Shown here in pieces: positions 60,601 through 64,000 of a stretch of 64,000 nt of DNA. Below the pieces are notes generated by a model. That model was given only the letters and a program-made list of their open reading frames with translations, was not told the DNA's origin and did no database searches. Within the stretch, counting starts at the first letter, position 1; every line of letters begins with the position of its first letter. Position numbers and translations under genes: made by a program. Source of the DNA: Candidatus Magasanikiibacteriota bacterium (GTDB lineage: Bacteria > Patescibacteriota > Patescibacteriia > Magasanikbacterales > UBA922); NCBI GenBank assembly GCA_041674805.1, contig JBAYVA010000004.1:30069-94068 (forward strand), in the 5' to 3' direction.

Positions 60601-60763
60601 CAATCCTGATAGACCTCTTACTCATTGGGACGTCCTAGAAAAGAGAATTTGTGTGCAAATGATTACTTATGCCAAACAAGGTGAAGCAGGTAGTTGTCAG
60701 GCTTTTCCTACGCCTTGTGATGTGCCATCTGGTTGGCAAGTATGTAATTCTTCTTCACAATAA
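57605..60763 (+). CDS. ppsA: Phosphoenolpyruvate synthase with C-terminal TM/lipobox and extracellular extension
   Basis: VGGKNASLGEM, AVRSSATAED, SFAGQQET, TSHAAIVSRELG, FSIGSNDLTQ, GICGQAPSD; about 240 extra C-terminal aa. Confidence 0.95.
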   Translation: MLKNREKKLQIAEQNTNKNNVARDSKRVLWFDEIGIKDIPLVGGKNASLGEMYNNLSKKGISVPNGFAVTSFSYWEFLDKTGLKQKIKNVVKDLNINDIKNLSQVGAKIRKMILAEKLPKELAKEIDTAYTQLSKEQKINNIAVAVRSSATAEDLPDASFAGQQETYLNIVGKNDLQLAVKKCIASLFTDRAISYRETKGFDHLDVALSVTVQIMVGSESGASGVMFTLDTESGFPGVVLINASYGLGEYVVKGRVTPDQFYVFKEGLKNGKKSVISKILGTKEVKLVYGKTGTKQMTVPKLQQNKFSITEDEVLQLAKWGVEIEEYYKKHQDIEWAKDGKTGKLYIVQARPETVKANVDKAFIETYILNKKGKVLLTGTSVGQKIGAGKVRVIDNPKQMKLFKKGEVLVTRITDPDWEPIMRIASAIVTEQGGKTSHAAIVSRELGVPCVVGAKNARKILKTGEKVTVSCTGGDEGTIYKEMLPFEVQKTEIKQVDKTNTKIMMNVGDPDNAFSLSFLPNDGVGLAREEFIFSNFIRIHPLALVNYDKLKDKKAKEQIAEITRGYDKKTDYAVDKLAEGIARISAAFYPKDVIVRLSDFKTNEYATLIGGKEFEPKEENPMLGWRGASRYYSKEYKPGFKLECEAIKKVREEWGLKNLIVMIPFCRTPEEGQKVLDTMKEFGLERGREDLQVYVMCEIPSNVILADDFAQMFDGFSIGSNDLTQLTLGVDRDSALVSHVYNERNQAVTKLIKDVIRTAHKHKRKVGICGQAPSDYPEFAEMLVREGIDSISLNPDTVISTRERISFTEKTLGKKGHKTHKTYLGLVTLLGIISAFTMTLGAGCNLSQDVSQNNKAVIQEITPSQIRENAEKRMQEKKSQEKLQLTQTISMADFANFNFKYPQEWTVNYWNGGVTVFNSSSSEYVSVFKQLVAHPIALEQKEKITIAGREAFKYTQAIVSSTKSFTVVEVNMGDYILEMNSDAPNFVEMLNTFQFTSSSNPDRPLTHWDVLEKRICVQMITYAKQGEAGSCQAFPTPCDVPSGWQVCNSSSQ

Positions 60764-60781
60764 TGTTTATTTTATATAATT

Positions 60782-60817
60782 AAAAACGGTTTCTTGTTCT
60801 AAGAGACCGTTTTTTTT
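60782..60817 (+). terminator. Intrinsic terminator after ppsA
   Basis: aaaaacggtttctt/aagagaccgttttttt. Confidence 0.8.
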
Positions 60818-60853
60818 GTTTTTGATATTTTGGATAATAAAAATGATTGTATT

Positions 60854-60947
60854 AGCAGAGTAAGCAAAATAAGCAAATTTAAGTGTAAACCTAGTAAGCT
60901 TTGTAAGCCTTGTAGGCGCCTTGTGAGCCTTGTAATCTTACGTCTTG
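60854..60947. repeat. Degenerate 9-mer tandem repeats (TAAGCAAAA / TAAGCCTTG)
   Basis: gtaagctttgtaagccttgtaggcgccttgtgagccttgtaa. Confidence 0.6.
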
Positions 60948-60998
60948 CAAATCATACCATTTTGGTATATAATAGGAGTGTTTTTTATTAATAATAAT

Positions 60999-62015
60999 AT
61001 GAGTTTATACAATAAAGTAAATAATAATACACTTAGAAAATGGATCAAAGAAGATACAACACCACGTACTACTTTGTCTTTTTATCGTTATGTCAAAATT
61101 TTAGAACCAGATAAAATGAGAGATGAGTTATATCGCGCTTGGGGTGCTATGGGAGTTTTGGGTAGAATTTATTTAGCAAAAGAAGGTATTAATAGTCAAT
61201 TGTCTGTGCCAACAGCTAATTTTGAAATGTTTAGAAAATATATAGATAGTTTTTTGGAATTCAAAAATGTACCTTTCAAAATTGCTGTGGAAGATGATGG
61301 TAAATCTTTTTATAAATTAACTATAAAAGTAAGAAGTAAAATTGTAGCTGACGGTCTAGATGATGATGCCTTTGACACTAGTAATGTTGGTAAGCATCTT
61401 ACTGCCGAAGAGTGGAATGAATATTTAGAAAAAGAAAATACTGTAGTAGTGGATATGCGCAATTCTTATGAGTCTAAAATAGGACATTTTGAAGGAGCTA
61501 TTTTGCCAGATGTGGATACTTTTCGTGAAGAATTGCAAGTAGTCAAAAAAGAATTGCAAAACAAAAAAAATAAAAAGATTTTGTTGTATTGTACTGGTGG
61601 TATACGTTGTGAAAAAGCTTCAGCTTTTCTTAAGTCAGAAGGTTTTGATGATGTTAACCAATTGTATGGTGGTATTATTGATTATGCTCGTCAGTGTAAA
61701 CAAGAAAATTTACCAATGAAGTTCAAAGGAAAAAACTTTGTTTTTGATGAAAGATTGTCAGAAACAATTTCTGATGAAATTTTGACTAAATGTGAACAGT
61801 GTGGAGAGAGCTGTGATGATTATCGTGATTGTAGCAATACTTTGTGTCATGTGTTATTTATTCAATGTGACAAATGTAAAGAAAAATTTGAAGGAACTTG
61901 TAGTGAAAAATGTCAATCAATTTTACATTTGTCAAAAGAAGAAAAATTAAAATTAATTCCTATTTGGGCTAAACAAAAAAAGAATAGAAGATTGAAATCA
62001 GCTTGTAGTATATAA
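60999..62015 (+). CDS. trhO: Rhodanese-family tRNA uridine(34) hydroxylase (TrhO/YceA)
   Basis: [55 protein letters not shown]; ATG at 60999 preferred. Confidence 0.88.
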   Translation: MSLYNKVNNNTLRKWIKEDTTPRTTLSFYRYVKILEPDKMRDELYRAWGAMGVLGRIYLAKEGINSQLSVPTANFEMFRKYIDSFLEFKNVPFKIAVEDDGKSFYKLTIKVRSKIVADGLDDDAFDTSNVGKHLTAEEWNEYLEKENTVVVDMRNSYESKIGHFEGAILPDVDTFREELQVVKKELQNKKNKKILLYCTGGIRCEKASAFLKSEGFDDVNQLYGGIIDYARQCKQENLPMKFKGKNFVFDERLSETISDEILTKCEQCGESCDDYRDCSNTLCHVLFIQCDKCKEKFEGTCSEKCQSILHLSKEEKLKLIPIWAKQKKNRRLKSACSI

Positions 62016-62050
62016 AAAATAAATTTGCTTGAATTTTTAATTTATATATA

Positions 62051-62082
62051 AAAAAACTCCACTAATTTTAGTGGAGTTTTTT
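62051..62082. terminator. Bidirectional terminator
   Basis: aaaaaactccacta/tagtggagtttttt. Confidence 0.8.
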
Positions 62083-62087
62083 CAAAG

Positions 62088-62161
62088 CGGACCGGACGAG
62101 GCTCGAACTCGCAACTTCTGCCGTGACAGGGCAGTGCTCTAACCAGTTGAACTACCGGTCC
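62088..62161 (-). tRNA. tRNA-Asp(GTC)
   Basis: Reverse complement GGACCGGTAGTTCAACTGGTTAGAGCA-CTGCC-CT-GTC-AC-GGCAG...GTTCGAG...CCGGTCC-G. Confidence 0.95.
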
Positions 62162-62226
62162 GTATATTCAATTATTTTTGATAATTGAATTGAAAAATTA
62201 CAATAATTCTAAACCAAAATTACAAA

Positions 62227-62343
62227 CTATTTTGTAGCAGCTGTTGCTTTGGCAAGACGTTTTTGTTTTTTCTTGTCTCTTCTTATTTTTGCTTTTTCAC
62301 GCTCAATTTTAAATTTTGCGTTGATTTTTTTTCTCATTCCCAT
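62227..62343 (-). CDS. 38-aa highly basic protein (not in ORF track)
   Basis: MGMRKKINAKFKIEREKAKIRRDKKKQKRLAKATAATK*; host-like codons (cgt, gct, aaa); own promoter. Confidence 0.65.
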   Translation of the reverse strand: MGMRKKINAKFKIEREKAKIRRDKKKQKRLAKATAATK

Positions 62344-62372
62344 AATTTTGGATTAGTTTGAGTACGGTTAAT

Positions 62373-62401
62373 ATAATACCTTTTTTTTGAAAAGTTGTCA
62401 A
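62373..62401 (-). promoter_or_regulatory. Sigma70 promoter for the small ORF and tRNA-Asp
   Basis: TTGACA-17-TATTAT on the minus strand. Confidence 0.7.
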
Positions 62402-62413
62402 TATCTATAACTG

Positions 62414-62896
62414 TTAGTAAGAGAAGTATCCTAATTTTTCTTTCAAATCTTTGAGACGGGCATAAAAGCCTGAAGTATGAATAGAATTGATTTTTAATTT
62501 TTTATAATCATAATGATGGAGCCATTCATGTAGTAGAGTATCTACAAAGCTTTTTGGGGCCAAAATTTGGCCTCTAACAGCTGTTTTGTTGCTAATATGT
62601 ATATATTGACTAAGTGGTTTGTAATAGCCATAACGTCGTAAAGCTACTTTGCCTTTATGTTTTTTATGGTATTGTTTCTCGTCAGATATTTTTAGATGAA
62701 CTATGTCTATCTCAGCTAAGTCAGCCAATTCGTCTAAAAGTTGATCTCCGATGTTTTGTCTTTCTATTTCGTCTTTACTTTTGAGAAGTAAGGCAGTTAG
62801 GTGTCTAGCTTCATCAGAAATAGGGAAGTTTGTTTTTGTGATATAATTACTTATGGCATAATTGGCTTTGGAAAACAAAGCTTTTAAAATTCGCAT
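62414..62896 (-). CDS. HExxH zinc-metalloprotein (SprT/WLM-like)
   Basis: DTLLHEWLHH..(10-11)..HTSGFY. Confidence 0.7.
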   Translation of the reverse strand: MRILKALFSKANYAISNYITKTNFPISDEARHLTALLLKSKDEIERQNIGDQLLDELADLAEIDIVHLKISDEKQYHKKHKGKVALRRYGYYKPLSQYIHISNKTAVRGQILAPKSFVDTLLHEWLHHYDYKKLKINSIHTSGFYARLKDLKEKLGYFSY

Positions 62897-62954
62897 AGTC
62901 TAACTAATGATTTTTAAAAATGTTAAAGTATTATAGCATGAAAATTTTTTTAAA

Positions 62955-63046
62955 ACAAAAAAGACCTGCTTAATGTTTGGCGTGACATGATGAGCAAAGG
63001 AGGGGGTGCTCCAGTCAACACCAAACATTAAAAAGATCTTTTATAT
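62955..63046 (-). ncRNA. Candidate ~90-nt hairpin sRNA with CCCCCUCCUU apical loop
   Basis: Promoter TTGACA-17-TAATAT (63053-63081, minus); long stem with two G-U pairs only on the minus strand; ends in a U-run. Confidence 0.5.
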
Positions 63047-63146
63047 TATAAAATATTAGCATATTTTGACTTTGGTGTCAAGAGGATATTGTTTGTTTTT
63101 TTAAGAAATAATAAGAAATAAATTGTCTTATATTTTCTATAAAAAT

Positions 63147-63174
63147 AAAAAACTCACTAGATTAGTGAGTTTTT
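63147..63174 (-). terminator. Terminator after rplT
   Basis: aaaaactcacta/tagtgagttttt. Confidence 0.75.
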
Positions 63175-63185
63175 GTTTATTGTAT

Positions 63186-63530
63186 TTATTTTACAGATTC
63201 GTAAATTTTTGTAAATACTTGAGGATGTTTTTCAGCTATTTCTGCTAAAATCTTTCTATCAACTGCTATTTCATGTTTCTTTATAGAAGCCATAAATACA
63301 CTATATGATGTACCTAAGGCACGAACAGCTGCATTGATTTTTACTTGCCATAAACGGCGATTTTCTCTTTTTTTGTTTTTTCTATCACGATAAGCGTATG
63401 CACCAGCTTTTGTTTCAGCAGTTTGAGCTAGTTTGATAAGATTTTTTCTACCAGCTTCAAAACCTTTGGTTCTTTTCATGATGGCCTTACGGCGTTTGAC
63501 GTGTTGTACACCTCTTTTTACTCTAGGCAT
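63186..63530 (-). CDS. rplT: 50S ribosomal protein L20
   Basis: MPRVKRG, AYRDRKNKKR..RRLW..KINAA, DRKILAEIA. Confidence 0.97.
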   Translation of the reverse strand: MPRVKRGVQHVKRRKAIMKRTKGFEAGRKNLIKLAQTAETKAGAYAYRDRKNKKRENRRLWQVKINAAVRALGTSYSVFMASIKKHEIAVDRKILAEIAEKHPQVFTKIYESVK

Positions 63531-63549
63531 ATTGGTTATTTGTTACATT

Positions 63550-63756
63550 TTATGAATATGGTAGGGCTTTTACTACAGTTTTTTGTAGTGGTAAAGCTAC
63601 TGTATTGTCTGAACGTTTGTTACGTTTGGTCTTACCAGATTCACGTGAGTTGAAATGGTCTTGACCGTCAGTTCTTTTTAAAACTTTGGTACCTTTTTTA
63701 GACTTTTTTACCATGAATCTTTTGGCAGTACCTTTGTGAGTCTTCATTTTTGGCAT
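63550..63756 (-). CDS. rpmI: 50S ribosomal protein L35
   Basis: MPKMKTHKGTAKRF; upstream of rplT. Confidence 0.93.
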   Translation of the reverse strand: MPKMKTHKGTAKRFMVKKSKKGTKVLKRTDGQDHFNSRESGKTKRNKRSDNTVALPLQKTVVKALPYS

Positions 63757-63791
63757 ATTTTTGATAAATTTATATATCTTGAAGCTCGGTG

Positions 63792-63820
63792 ATTATATAC
63801 TATTTTTGAGCTTGAGTCAA
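63792..63820 (-). promoter_or_regulatory. Internal sigma70 promoter for rpmI-rplT
   Basis: TTGACT-17-TATAAT on the minus strand. Confidence 0.7.
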
Positions 63821-63900
63821 GACGTGTGGTGTGTATAGATTAGGTTTTTTCTAACAAATAAGAAATACGAAATTTGTGTACTATCCGTATTTGATTAATT

Positions 63901-64000
63901 TTATTTTTTTACTATGACAGCTACAATACTTTTTCCTTGTCTTAGGATTTCTTGTTCAAATTTTATTTCTATTTTTGTTTGAATATTTTGCATCAATTTT
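63901..64000 (-). CDS. infC: Translation initiation factor IF-3, 3' end (partial)
   Basis: ...KFEQEILRQGKSIVAVIVKK*; conserved infC-rpmI-rplT order. Confidence 0.7.
   Translation of the reverse strand, partial: KLMQNIQTKIEIKFEQEILRQGKSIVAVIVKK

Noticed and set aside
1963-60625. Many 60-140 aa ORFs overlapping long genes (e.g. 17483-17815, 39465-39911, 47866-48294, 48843-49244)
   Set aside because: Antisense or alternate-frame shadows of well-supported genes, with no motifs and atypical composition.
55877-60763. pyk-ppsA adjacency as a novelty
   Set aside because: Clustering of pyruvate/PEP interconversion genes is unremarkable by itself; only the fusion is reported.
62991-63035. Type I toxin ORF after the plus-strand AAAGGAGG
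   Set aside because: The following GTG frame stops within about 9 codons and is not hydrophobic; pairing favours a minus-strand RNA.
63186-63530. AGA reassigned to Ser because of tRNA-Ser(ACT)
   Set aside because: AGA encodes conserved Arg residues, e.g. rplT MPRVKRG uses AGA twice.
1-64000. Genetic code 25 (TGA=Gly) as in Gracilibacteria/SR1
   Set aside because: Genes are intact under code 11, and TGA ends comF, vanW, rfbF and others at expected positions.

Overview
Low-GC, densely coding bacterial chromosome segment. TAA, TAG and TGA all act as stops and starts almost never have a Shine-Dalgarno (SD) sequence. Gene content and style suggest Patescibacteria/CPR (Parcubacteria-like); this assignment is inference. 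In order: asnS (5' end cut by the window edge); a VirB6-like/PrgI/split-VirB4 type IV secretion-like operon ending in comF; dsbB plus a thioredoxin-like gene; three tRNA-Ser genes (TGA, GCT and an unusual ACT anticodon); hsp20; vanW; an ORF-free ~320-nt structured transcription unit; a HAD hydrolase; clpP; an nrnA-like gene; smc; orphan ORFs; rpsP; a ~25-kb surface-glycan locus (O-antigen-ligase/TPR protein, gmd, fcl, ABC flippase, rfbFG, C-/O-methyltransferases, ColD-like dehydratase, GT11/GT2/GT4, ugd, galE); a large secreted C39-peptidase protein; pyk; ppsA fused to a membrane/lipoprotein module; trhO; tRNA-Asp; a tiny basic ORF; a candidate anti-SD-loop sRNA; rplT-rpmI-infC (partial). Best leads: tRNA-Ser(ACT), the PpsA-lipoprotein fusion, two unannotated structured RNAs (one complementary over 16 nt to the fcl leader), and inverted short-period repeat arms at gene junctions, one pair bracketing ugd. 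No CRISPR array, transposase or integrase was seen.
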